A DNA stretch of 64,000 nt, taken from NCBI GenBank assembly GCA_040768125.1, contig JAXGNG010000003.1, forward strand, positions 476,408-540,407. Direction: 5' to 3'. Source of the DNA: Spirochaetota bacterium (GTDB taxonomy: Bacteria; Spirochaetota; UBA4802; UBA5550). A program made the translations under genes and the position numbers. This document shows, one piece after another, positions 9,721 through 20,100 of the stretch. How positions within the stretch are numbered: the stretch's first letter is position 1; the number at the start of each line of letters is the position of its first letter. The notes under the pieces were generated by a model. The model ran no database searches. It was not told the origin of the DNA and saw only the letters and a program-made list of their open reading frames with translations.

Positions 9721-10344
9721 ATGAAATGGCAAGAATACCAAAATGCGGTTTCTGTTTTCTATGAACAATTGGAAGGATTCGGTGATGTTCGTCACAATTT
9801 ATTCTTGCCTGATGTTGTCACGGGACAACGAAGACAAATTGATGTTATGATAGAACTGAACGAGCGTGGACACTCGCTCAAGATGCTCGTTGATGCAAAA
9901 TTTCACGCCACCCCACTTGATGTGAAGGATATCGAAGAGGTCTTTTCACTTTCTAAAGCAGTCGGTGCTAATAAGGCAGTCATTGTTGCAGCGAATGGGT
10001 ATACAGAACCTGCAATGGTCAAGGCTAAGTTCCTTCAGTGTGACCTGATGACCCTCACTCTCGAAGAAGCGTTGGATCTTGTTGTTCCTGACAAATGGAA
10101 AATGTGCCCTATTTGTAACACCGATTGTATCGTTCTTGATCAGAATGGAATGATTCAACTTGGAAATGGACTGGTCTTGTGGTGGTTGGCAGGCCAATGT
10201 CGTGAATGTAAGTGTGCACGTGTTCACTGCCAAGATTGTGGCATGAAAATGTTCATTGAAATTGGCAGATCCATGGAGTGCGGATGCGGCCATGAATGGT
10301 CAAGTACATCTGAAGGCGTATCCATCGACTTATTTCAAAAATAA
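9721..10344 (+). CDS. Mrr-family restriction endonuclease with C-terminal Cys-rich zinc-ribbon domain
   Basis: RQIDVMI...VDAKF...KAVIVAANGYT is Mrr_cat-like; CPIC, CREC, CQDC and CGCG follow. Confidence 0.75.
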   Translation: MKWQEYQNAVSVFYEQLEGFGDVRHNLFLPDVVTGQRRQIDVMIELNERGHSLKMLVDAKFHATPLDVKDIEEVFSLSKAVGANKAVIVAANGYTEPAMVKAKFLQCDLMTLTLEEALDLVVPDKWKMCPICNTDCIVLDQNGMIQLGNGLVLWWLAGQCRECKCARVHCQDCGMKMFIEIGRSMECGCGHEWSSTSEGVSIDLFQK

Positions 10345-10352
10345 CCATAATA

Positions 10353-13300
10353 ATGAAAAAAATATCACAGCATACGGAGTGGCTTTCCCTAATCGAGTTG
10401 TCTGGGCCATTTCTCGCCATACCGATCCTGGAGAAGATATATCCACAGGGTTTGGATGTGATAGAGACTCCCAAACGGCAACGTCTTCGTGCAGCATATG
10501 ACGAATGGTGCGAAGCAGTCGAGAACGAAGACCCATTACTTCCCGAGCTCCATCGCGAGTGGATTCGACTCGTGTTCACGGAAATTCTCGAATACGACGA
10601 ATCGACATTGAAGTCGGATGCGGAGAGTGGCAAATCCTACGCTACGACTTCTCCAGAACGAACCGAGACTTTCGTGCCAGACTGGTTGATTGTATCGCCT
10701 ACTGACAACATTCCTCATCTTTTCGTTTCCATCCAACCTCCAGAAACCGATTTCGATAGGGTACACAAGGATGACAGATGGCCAGCGTCACTCGTCGAAC
10801 GCATGACGGCACTCTGCCGAGCATACAATGTTCGTTTGGGGATGATCACCGACGGAGAACGGTGGATGCTGGTAAACGCTCCGGTGGGAGGGACATCGAG
10901 CGACGCTTCGTGGTACGCCCGCCTTTGGTTCCATGAGCCGGTCACTCTCAAGGCATTCCAATCGCTATGGAGCGTGAGGCGTTGTTTCGGCCCATCGGAC
11001 GAGACCTTGGAATCCTTGCTGGATAGATCGCTCGAACATAACGAGGAGATCACTGACACCCTAGGCGAGCAGGTCCGTCGTGCGGTAGAGGTTCTGGTCC
11101 AGTGTTTGGACAAGGCCGATGCGGATCGCAACAGGGAGTTGCTCCGGGATGTCACGCCTGCCGAGCTCTACGAAGCCGGGCTGACCGTGATGATGCGCCT
11201 GGTATTCGTTCTTTGCGCCGAAGAGCGCGGACTTTTATTGTTTGGTGATCCCGTCTATGATGAGTGTTATGCGGTGTCCACTCTGCGATCGCAACTCGCC
11301 GAGGAAGCCGATCGCCATGGCAATGAAGTGCTTGATCGTCGGCACGATGCATGGGCTCGACTCCTATCGGTGTTCAGGGCCGTCTATGGCGGGATCGAAC
11401 ACGAATCACTGCGAATGCCCGCATTGGGGGGGTCCTTGTTCGATCCGGATCGGTTTCCATTCCTGGAAGGTCGGCTCAAGGGGACGAACTGGCGCGATTC
11501 GGATGCCATCCCTCTTCCAATAGACAACAGGACGGTTCTACTTCTCTTGAATTCGCTTCAATTGCTCGAACAACATGGGGGGGCCCTGTTACTGTCCTAC
11601 CGTGCGCTTGATGTCGAACAGATCGGCCATGTCTACGAAGGTCTTCTCGAGTACACCGTCGTTCGTGTGCCATCCGTGACCATAGGACTGATAGGTTCCA
11701 AAAAAGCAAAAAATTCGAATCTCGCTCTTTCCGAGCTCGAATCGGCATGTATGGACGGAGTAGACAACCTCGTTACATTGGTGAAGACAACTACCGACCG
11801 CAGTGAGTCGGCCATTCGCAGTGCGTTGGCTCGACCAGTCGAAGACGCTGATTTGGGATGCCTGCTCGCCGTATGTGGGGGAGACATGCCTCTCGTCGAA
11901 CGTATCCATCCGTTCGTCAACCTGATCCGAACTGACGCATGGGACGATCCTATCATCTATCGTGAAGGAGCCTTCATGGTCACGCTGGGAGCCGTTAGAC
12001 GTGAGACAGGCACGCACTATACACCGAAATCGTTAACAGAAAGCATCGTCGAAACAACGCTGGAACCGGTCGTCTACGTTGGGCCGTCTGAAGGAAAGCC
12101 ACGTGATGAGTGGAAACTGAAAACTCCTACCGAGTTGCTGGACCTCAAGATTTGCGATCCCGCAATGGGGTCCGGAGCGTTCCTCGTACAGGCATGCCGA
12201 TGGCTCGCCGAGAGGTTGGTCGAGACCTGGGCGATTCAAGAGGCAAAAGGTGGATTCATCAATGCCGATGGTGAAGTCATGCCGTCGGCCGGCGGAGCTG
12301 ACCCCATTCCCGGCAGTATGTACGAACGCCTGTCAATTGCAAGACGTCTGATTGCCGAACGATGTCTTTATGGTGTGGATGTGAATCCATTCGCCGTCGA
12401 ACTCGCCAAGCTTTCAATCTGGTTGGTTACTCTGGCCAAAGGTCGCCCCTTCGGGTTCCTCGACCACAATCTGCGTCATGGAGACAGTCTCCTGGGCATT
12501 TATCGGTTGGATCAACTCACAAAATTCGAACCAAATCCAGTGGACGAGAACTACCAGCAGCGTATTTTCGGCCAAAAAGTGACCGGTATGGTAGCCGAAG
12601 CTCTGGAAATCAGGAAGCGACTTCGTTCCGTTCCGATTCGGGACATCCGCGATGTCGAAGCCATGGCGGCTCTCAATTTTCAGGCCGAGGCGAAGCTGGA
12701 GACTTCGGAACGTCTCGCAGATGCTTTCATGGGTATAGTGCTAGCCAGTGACCACGATAGCGCTGTCCGATCGCGGATGGATTCCCTAGCGGTCGTGGCG
12801 GACCGCGCGGTGGAAGGTGATACGGAGACTCTCGCCTCCATCAATCGTATGGCTGCACTTGATCTCGCCAAAGGCGTGCTCGACCATCGTCATCGCAGGC
12901 CGTTCCATTGGCCGCTTGAGTTCCCAGAGGTCTTCGTCCGTTCTGACAGCGGCTTCGATGCCTTCATCGGGAATCCGCCCTTCTTAGGCAACAGGCTTTG
13001 GAAAGGAACACATGGGCCAGCCCTCCAGCGTATCGTTCAAATGATACTCGAAGCGTCTCCTGGAAAGGTCGATCTTTGCGTCGCCTTCCATAGAAGGGCA
13101 GCTACTCTCCTGAAGAGCGGCGGGTCATATGGCCTTTTGGCCACGAGCAATATCGCCGAAGGTAGTGCTCTCTCTGTCGGTCTTGAGCGAATTGCAGTCC
13201 TAGGTGATTTTTACTTCACACGCAAGGGAATACCGTGGCCTGGAACAGCCTCGACGGTAGTCGCCATTGTGTGCTTCTGGAAGGGGACTTGGACAGGATT

Positions 13301-14381
13301 ACGCGACTGTGATGGTGAAGCTTGTGAGAAAATCAGCCCTCGACTCCAACCGGAAATTGCCGAGGGCTGGGAACCAAAGGTTCTTGAGGACGCCATGTTC
13401 ACTTTTGCCGGGGTCGACAACAGTAAGGGACTTGCTTTCGTCGTTACGGAACAGCATCCGTGGTTCGAGCGACTACGCTTGGAACGGGGATCGCTGCTGC
13501 GTCCCTATGTCACCGGAGATGACATCACTAGATCGTCACTTACGCGTATCGAACGATGGGCTCTGGACATTGCTGACATGCCCTTGGATATAATCGCAAA
13601 GAATTGGCCCATCGCTTACCGCTTTCTCACTGAGACTGTGAAACCGACTAGGACCCCGGAAGCTTTGAAGAGCTATAATGGGTTGATTAACAGATGGTGG
13701 CAGTTCTGGAACCACCGGGCGGACCAGATGAGGAGGCTCCGTCGACAGAAGAAATGCGTGGCCTTTGCCAAGGCCGCAAAGTATCCCATCTGTATTGTCG
13801 CTCCAACAGACTGGATTTACACGAATATGGTCACGTTGGTCGAGTCAACACGTGAAGACACCCTTGCAATCTGCCTGAGTTCGATGTTACAGGCTTGGCT
13901 ACGCAATTACTCTGTTCGCAGTCTCGGTCGTGATAACAAGACTATGAGGCTATCGATTAGTGAAGCTTTCACTACATTCCCGCTTCCTGACCAGCCGATC
14001 GCGATTGAGGGTGTCGATGCTGCCGAAGAGTTCCTGACCAATCTCGTCTCCTGGAGTAAACGTAAATCAGCCGGAATGACCGATGCGATGAACGCCGTAC
14101 ACTCACCAAAGACAACTGACGGTGAGATCATCCGATTGCGCGAACTATTGGAGCGTATTGATACAGCAGTCGCAAGCGCGTATGACTGGTCTTGTCTGGA
14201 CCTGTCTCACGATTTTCGCGAAGAGATGGACCCAGATGGCGGTACCATCGTTCGGCATGGTCTAGCAAGAACCATGTACGATCTGGTACTGTCTAATCTG
14301 ATCATTCTGAACCGTTCTATATATCAGGCAAGCGATCATTCGGGATTAGAGACCTGCAGATGGAACGCCAAAAAAGATTAG
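10353..14381 (+). CDS. drmMI: DISARM N6-adenine methyltransferase DrmMI, copy 1 (type IIG-like; MmeI/type IIL-like TRD)
   Basis: GTHYTPK, ICDPAMGSGAFL, FHWPLEFPEVF and FIGNPPFLG; C-terminal RWWQF...EAFTTFPLP. Confidence 0.88.
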   Translation: MKKISQHTEWLSLIELSGPFLAIPILEKIYPQGLDVIETPKRQRLRAAYDEWCEAVENEDPLLPELHREWIRLVFTEILEYDESTLKSDAESGKSYATTSPERTETFVPDWLIVSPTDNIPHLFVSIQPPETDFDRVHKDDRWPASLVERMTALCRAYNVRLGMITDGERWMLVNAPVGGTSSDASWYARLWFHEPVTLKAFQSLWSVRRCFGPSDETLESLLDRSLEHNEEITDTLGEQVRRAVEVLVQCLDKADADRNRELLRDVTPAELYEAGLTVMMRLVFVLCAEERGLLLFGDPVYDECYAVSTLRSQLAEEADRHGNEVLDRRHDAWARLLSVFRAVYGGIEHESLRMPALGGSLFDPDRFPFLEGRLKGTNWRDSDAIPLPIDNRTVLLLLNSLQLLEQHGGALLLSYRALDVEQIGHVYEGLLEYTVVRVPSVTIGLIGSKKAKNSNLALSELESACMDGVDNLVTLVKTTTDRSESAIRSALARPVEDADLGCLLAVCGGDMPLVERIHPFVNLIRTDAWDDPIIYREGAFMVTLGAVRRETGTHYTPKSLTESIVETTLEPVVYVGPSEGKPRDEWKLKTPTELLDLKICDPAMGSGAFLVQACRWLAERLVETWAIQEAKGGFINADGEVMPSAGGADPIPGSMYERLSIARRLIAERCLYGVDVNPFAVELAKLSIWLVTLAKGRPFGFLDHNLRHGDSLLGIYRLDQLTKFEPNPVDENYQQRIFGQKVTGMVAEALEIRKRLRSVPIRDIRDVEAMAALNFQAEAKLETSERLADAFMGIVLASDHDSAVRSRMDSLAVVADRAVEGDTETLASINRMAALDLAKGVLDHRHRRPFHWPLEFPEVFVRSDSGFDAFIGNPPFLGNRLWKGTHGPALQRIVQMILEASPGKVDLCVAFHRRAATLLKSGGSYGLLATSNIAEGSALSVGLERIAVLGDFYFTRKGIPWPGTASTVVAIVCFWKGTWTGLRDCDGEACEKISPRLQPEIAEGWEPKVLEDAMFTFAGVDNSKGLAFVVTEQHPWFERLRLERGSLLRPYVTGDDITRSSLTRIERWALDIADMPLDIIAKNWPIAYRFLTETVKPTRTPEALKSYNGLINRWWQFWNHRADQMRRLRRQKKCVAFAKAAKYPICIVAPTDWIYTNMVTLVESTREDTLAICLSSMLQAWLRNYSVRSLGRDNKTMRLSISEAFTTFPLPDQPIAIEGVDAAEEFLTNLVSWSKRKSAGMTDAMNAVHSPKTTDGEIIRLRELLERIDTAVASAYDWSCLDLSHDFREEMDPDGGTIVRHGLARTMYDLVLSNLIILNRSIYQASDHSGLETCRWNAKKD
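10371..12518 (+). repeat. Copy 1 of a ~2.1 kb imperfect direct repeat (drmMI N-terminal part)
   Basis: Colinear with 17181-19328 at a constant 6810-nt offset at the positions checked. Includes an 83-nt perfect match (11055-11137 = 17865-17947). Confidence 0.92.
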
Positions 14382-14491
14382 ACTCGACGTTGTGTATCCA
14401 GACAATTTAGTCCGGTTTTCGATACTCCGAAGACGGATGAAACGGCGGCTGTTGTCACACAAGCGAAAACTTCCTTGCGGAGGCAGAAACA

Positions 14492-15916
14492 ATGACAAGA
14501 CTATCCGGTGATGTAGCACAAGCTAGCCCAACGAAACAGTTCTTCGTGTCGATGCTGACACGAGACATCACCCTCGCCGATGCAATTCTCGATCTGGTCG
14601 ACAATTGCCTTGACGGTTCCCTTCGAGTGGCGGGTGGTAAACGGGTCGATTACTCGAAACATTTTGTGAAGATTGAGATTGCAGTTGATCACTTTTCGAT
14701 AGAAGACAACTGTGGTGGGATTCCGCGCGACGTCGCGAAAAATTATGCATTCAAGATGGGGCGCGAGCCTGATGACGACCGCGATTCAGATACCGAAACC
14801 ATTGGCATGTACGGTGTCGGTATGAAACGTGCAATCTTCAAGATGGGGCGTAACGCGCTAGTGAGGACGAGGTGCGACCATGATACGTTCGAAGTGCCGA
14901 TCACATCAGAATGGCTTGATGCCAAGAACTGGGACCCTCTACCGATCAACGAATTAACTGGAGCAAATAAGGAACTCAATGAACCGGGGACTATAATCTT
15001 TGTCAACGATCTCTATGAAGGTGTCTCAAGACACTTTTCTAATGCGGCTTTTGAGAATGAGGTACGTACTGCCATCTCCGAGCATTTTACGATGTTTCTC
15101 CAATGGGGTTTGAAGGTGGAACTCAATGGCACACCCATAGAGTCGGTCCGCGTCGAAGTGCTCGTTTCAATGGGCGAAAATCGCCCTGCACCGTTCATAT
15201 ACCAGAAGATGATCGACGATGTTCTCGTCTCCATCGCGGTTGGCTTGAACACTGGCAAGAGCCTCGGCAACGAGGATGAGGATGAGGGTGATTATGGTTT
15301 CGAAAGAGATCGTTCGTCGGTGACGGCTGGTTGGACGGTGTTCTGCAACGACCGTGCCGTCATCGTTGGTGACAAGAGCCGCCTCACGGGGTGGGGCGAC
15401 GGTATTCCACTCTATCATGCGCAATTTGCAATCATAACGGGCATCATTGAGTTTCGTTCGAAACATGCCGAAAAGCTCCCAGTTACGACAACGAAGCGTG
15501 CACTCGACACGTCGTCAAACGTCTGGCTCGAGTCACTTGTAAAGATGAAAGAGGGCATGAGAATCTGGATCTCATACACGAACCAGTGGAAGAACCATCC
15601 ACGGGCGGATCAGTCGAGCTACTGGGAAGATGCTCGGCCGATGTCCTTAAGCGTGGCCATCAAGAAAGTCGCTTCACGTAAGTCCACAAAGAAAACAGGC
15701 AGCGTTATTGAGTTCAACCCCCAGAAAGCCAAGGTCCTTCCGGAGCCAGAGAACAGGAAGCCATCGTCGAAGAAGATCGTGTTCTCCCGCCCAGTAGAGG
15801 AATTACGTCTTGTCTCAAAGATGCTGTTCGATGACCCAGATGAAAAACCTGGCATTGTCGGCGACAAGTGCTTCGATATGCAGCTCGCGAAGGCCAAGAA
15901 ACGAGGAGCTGAATAA
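14492..15916 (+). CDS. GHKL (MORC/HATPase_c_3-like) ATPase
   Basis: N-box AILDLVDNCLD, G1 IEDNCGGI, G2 IGMYGVGMKRA, and transducer-like CNDR...WG...GII.F. Confidence 0.85.
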   Translation: MTRLSGDVAQASPTKQFFVSMLTRDITLADAILDLVDNCLDGSLRVAGGKRVDYSKHFVKIEIAVDHFSIEDNCGGIPRDVAKNYAFKMGREPDDDRDSDTETIGMYGVGMKRAIFKMGRNALVRTRCDHDTFEVPITSEWLDAKNWDPLPINELTGANKELNEPGTIIFVNDLYEGVSRHFSNAAFENEVRTAISEHFTMFLQWGLKVELNGTPIESVRVEVLVSMGENRPAPFIYQKMIDDVLVSIAVGLNTGKSLGNEDEDEGDYGFERDRSSVTAGWTVFCNDRAVIVGDKSRLTGWGDGIPLYHAQFAIITGIIEFRSKHAEKLPVTTTKRALDTSSNVWLESLVKMKEGMRIWISYTNQWKNHPRADQSSYWEDARPMSLSVAIKKVASRKSTKKTGSVIEFNPQKAKVLPEPENRKPSSKKIVFSRPVEELRLVSKMLFDDPDEKPGIVGDKCFDMQLAKAKKRGAE

Positions 15917-16911
15917 TGAGAACCGTTTTTTCACTACCCTATCAGTTGCGGCCGAACAAGGCTGTAGATAGAGAACTTTTCCTGTCGTTGCTTATGCGGT
16001 TAGCCCCTGCGTTAGCTCTTGAGAAGTACCACTATGTAGGGCTTGGAGGTCCGTTTCTTGAGGACTTCAGGCTGGTCCATGCTAGACTCGGCATCGCGAA
16101 TATGACGTGTATTGAAATCGAAGAGGAAGTGCATAAGCGCCAGCTTTTCAATCGTCCGATCACAACAATAGAGTGCATCCACTCGACGCTTGAGGACTAC
16201 CTCGACGGACAGGACTTCGAAATACCCACCATCATCTGGTTCGACTTTAACGAGCCTAAGGGAATTACAGCGCAGATTGAACGCTTCGCCCACACCATTG
16301 GGACCGTGCCGGTCGGCAGCGTGCTTCGCGTGACGTTGAACGCAAACCCGACATCTCTCGGGAAACCTGATATGATGGAAATATCTGTCGAGGTCGAAGG
16401 AGAGTCTTCCAAGGACCGTGCGGTGAAGCCGACGATCCAAGAGTGGCGCCTCGCGCGATTCAAGGAGCGCCTCGGCGCACTCTTTCCCAACGGCCTCACT
16501 GCCGAAGGAATGAGTTTCAAGACATACGGTCCGAGCCTACTACGTGTTCTCAAGTTGGCAGTAGACAAGGAAATCCTGAGCTATAGTGCCCGCCGAGTCG
16601 TCTGGGCGCTTGCCACTCACTACGCTGACGGCCAACCGATGGTGACTGCTACTCTCGTCGTATGCCATAAAGACGACACCATGATTGAAGAACTGGTTAA
16701 AAGTTGGGAATTCTATACGACAATCGAAACTCCCCATCGTCTCGACTTGCCAGTACTTTCAATTCGGGAGAGACTGACGATGGAGTCAAACGACAACGCC
16801 AAGGTTCACATAGGCTTCGAGCTACCGATCTCCGACATGGGTGAAAACCCATTCGAGGTTTTCAAAAAATTTTATCGCATCTACCCACACTTCTCGAAGG
16901 TCGAGTTCTGA
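15916..16911 (+). CDS. Putative class I SAM-dependent methyltransferase-fold protein (non-canonical; 'O-methyltransferase'-like)
   Basis: PNKAVDRELF N-terminus, YVGLGGPFLED (motif I-like), TCIEIE (motif II-like) and IIWFDF. TAATG coupling to the ATPase. Confidence 0.65.
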   Translation: MRTVFSLPYQLRPNKAVDRELFLSLLMRLAPALALEKYHYVGLGGPFLEDFRLVHARLGIANMTCIEIEEEVHKRQLFNRPITTIECIHSTLEDYLDGQDFEIPTIIWFDFNEPKGITAQIERFAHTIGTVPVGSVLRVTLNANPTSLGKPDMMEISVEVEGESSKDRAVKPTIQEWRLARFKERLGALFPNGLTAEGMSFKTYGPSLLRVLKLAVDKEILSYSARRVVWALATHYADGQPMVTATLVVCHKDDTMIEELVKSWEFYTTIETPHRLDLPVLSIRERLTMESNDNAKVHIGFELPISDMGENPFEVFKKFYRIYPHFSKVEF

Positions 16912-17156
16912 TAAAGAAAAACGATTTGGGAATGGAATGGGATGCAAGAGTATAAGTGCCTGGCTTATTCCGTCTTGGAGACAAGTGATTCTGATCGAAA
17001 AAGGTGATGGCAGGGAGTATCGTAGATTCCGCAGAGAGTGGGTGCCAGAGGGGGCAAGTCTGGTCTTACAAGAGACCCTGAACGATTCGATTGTGTGTTC
17101 CACCACCTCATTGATGCCGATGCCTCAGAAATGCGTTCTATTGAGGTTCTTACCTA

Positions 17157-20100
17157 ATGAAACGATTAACCCTTTCGCGACATACGGAGTGGCTTTCCCT
17201 AATTGAGTTGACCGGTCCTTTCCTCGCAGTACCAGTCTTGGAGAAGGCGTTTCCACAGGGTTTAGACATAATAGAGATACCTAAACGGCAACGCCTCCGT
17301 GCGGCTTATGATGAATGGTGCGAGGCAGTCGAGAACGAAGACCCATTACTTCCCGAGCTCCACCGTGAATGGATTCGACTCGTATTTACGGAAATCCTCG
17401 AATATGATGGTTTGACCTTGAAGACGAATCCAGAGATCATAAAAACTTATTCAGTGACTTCCCCTGAACGAAGCGATGCTTTCGTACCAGATTGGCTAAT
17501 TACATCATCTTCCGACAGCAGACCTCGTTTGTTCATTTCCATCCAGCCTCCGGAAACCGATTTCTATCTAGTTCACAAGAACGACAAATGGCCTGCATCT
17601 CTGATCGAACGTATGATGGCACTCTGCCGAGCACATGCCGTGCGATTGGGGGTGATCACTGACGGCGAACTGTGGATGTTGGTCAATGCACCTGTGGGCG
17701 GGGTGTCGAGCAACGCATCGTGGTACGCCCGCATTTGGTTCCAGGAGCCGATCACCCTCAAGGCTTTCAAATCCCTGTGGAGTGTGAGACGCCTTTTCGG
17801 TCCTTCGGAAGAGACCGTGGAGGCACTACTCGACAGCTCTATGGAATACCACGAAGAGATCACAGACACCCTAGGCGAGCAGGTCCGTCGTGCGGTAGAG
17901 GTTCTGGTCCAGTGTTTGGACAAGGCCGATGCGGATCGCAACAGGGATTTGCTCCGGGATGTCTTGCCAGCCGAGCTCTACGAAGCCGGGCTGACCGTCA
18001 TGATGCGCCTTGTGTTTATTCTATGTGCCGAGGAGCGTGGACTCTTGCTCTCTGGGGATCCAGTCTACGACGAGAGTTATGCCGTGTCCACCCTGAGGGC
18101 ACAGCTCGCCGAAGATGCAGATTGTCATGGTTCCGAGGTGCTCGATCGTCGGCATGACGCATGGGCCCGAGTGCTATCGGTGTTCAGGGCCGTCTATGGC
18201 GGGATCGAACACGAATCGCTGCGGATGCCCCCATTGGGAGGTTCATTGTTCGATCCGGATCGGTTTCCATTCCTGGAAGGTCGGCTCAAGGGGACGAACT
18301 GGCACGATTCGGATGCAATCCCTCTCCCGATAGACAACAGGACGGTTCTACTTCTGTTGAACTCGCTTCAATTGCTCGAACAACACGGGGGAGCCCTTTT
18401 ACTTTCCTATAGGTCCCTAGACGTCGAGCAGATCGGCCATGTCTACGAAGGTCTTCTCGAATACACCGTCGTCCGTGTGCCATCCGTAACCATAGGACTG
18501 ATAGGTTCCAAAAAGGCGAAGAACCCGAATCTCGCTCTTTCCGAGCTCGAATTGGCACGCATGGACGGCGAAGATGCCCTCGTCGCCTTGGTGAAGGAAA
18601 CCACCGAACGCAGCGAGTCGGCCATACGCAATGCTCTGTCGTGTGAAGTCGAAGATGCGATCTTCGGACTCCTGCATGCTGTATGCGGGGGCGACACGAC
18701 ACTTGCGGAGCGAATCCGTCCGTTTGCCAACCTTGTCCGTACCGACGCCTGGGGGGATCCCATAGTCTATCGCGACGGTGCTTTTATGGTCACCATCGGT
18801 TCAGACCGTAGGGAAACGGGCACGCATTATACGCCCAAATCACTCACTGAAAGTATCGTCGAGACGACATTGGAACCGGTCGTCTATGTCGGGCCGTCCG
18901 AAGGAAAGCCACGTGATGGGTGGAAACTGAAAACTCCTGCCGAGTTGCTTGACCTCAAGATCTGCGATCCCGCAATGGGGTCAGGAGCGTTCCTCGTACA
19001 AGCCTGCCGATGGCTCGCTGAACGACTGGTCGAGGCATGGGTCGCCGAGGAGGCAATGGGCAGGTTCGTCAATGACGATGGTGAGGTTTTGCTGTTGGCC
19101 GGTGAATCCGATCCACTGCCTACCGATACTGACTATCGATTGCAAACCGCAAGACGTCTGATAGCCGAACGGTGTCTATATGGTGTGGACATCAATCCCC
19201 TTGCGGTCGAATTGGCCAAACTGTCAATATGGTTGGTGACCCTTGCGAAAGGAAGACCTTTCGGATTTCTTGATCACAACCTGCGATGTGGCGACAGTTT
19301 GCTGGGTATTCACCGACTGGATCAACTTACGTTGTTCAAAATGAATCCGGACGACAGTCCCTGCCAGTTGAGTATATTCGGCAAGAAGGTGGCAGGAACG
19401 GTCATCGAGGCGGAAGAAATCAGGAAGCGATTGCGATCTATCCCGATTCGGGATATGCGCGATATCGATACGATGGCCCATTTAAATGCTGAAATCAGGA
19501 AGAAACTCGGATCCATGGAGCTGGTTGCTGATGCAATGATCGGCGAGGTTCTTCGAGCCAACGGTAAAATGCGTGCCATCGAATCGGCTTTGGATTTCCT
19601 CGAAGTACAGGTAGACGCTTTTCTAAAAGGCGATGTGGAGACGAGGGAAACAATTGCCAAAAAGGCGTGTGAAGCTTTATCAATTGGTTTGTCAGAGGGC
19701 ATGCCCCCAAGAAAACCGTTTCATTGGCCTTTAGAATATCCAGAAATATTTGCATCAAATAATGGAGGATTCGATGTCATATTATGCAATCCACCGTTTG
19801 GAGCTATCAATTATTCAAAAAAATCGATGAGTGACCAATATACAATCCTGATAGAATATTGGAATAATTTCTATTTGTATCATTCAAAACGATTGAATTT
19901 CATGATGCTTTTTCTAGAAAGAATTCTATTCAACTTGTTAAACAAGACTAAACAGAGTTGTATTGGATTGATTTTAGATTTTAACTTTTTTGAGAAGATA
20001 TATGAATTATTGCGGTTGAATATCAATGATAGATATGAATTCAAACATATAGTATTTAATTTGAAATCTTTTTCGAATGTCAATAGCGGTCAATTGATAC

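Noticed and set aside
16841-17206. 121-aa ORF bridging the MTase-like gene and drmMI-2
   Set aside because: It overlaps both neighbours out of frame, has no RBS or motifs, and its tail is just the alternate frame of the duplicated drmMI start.
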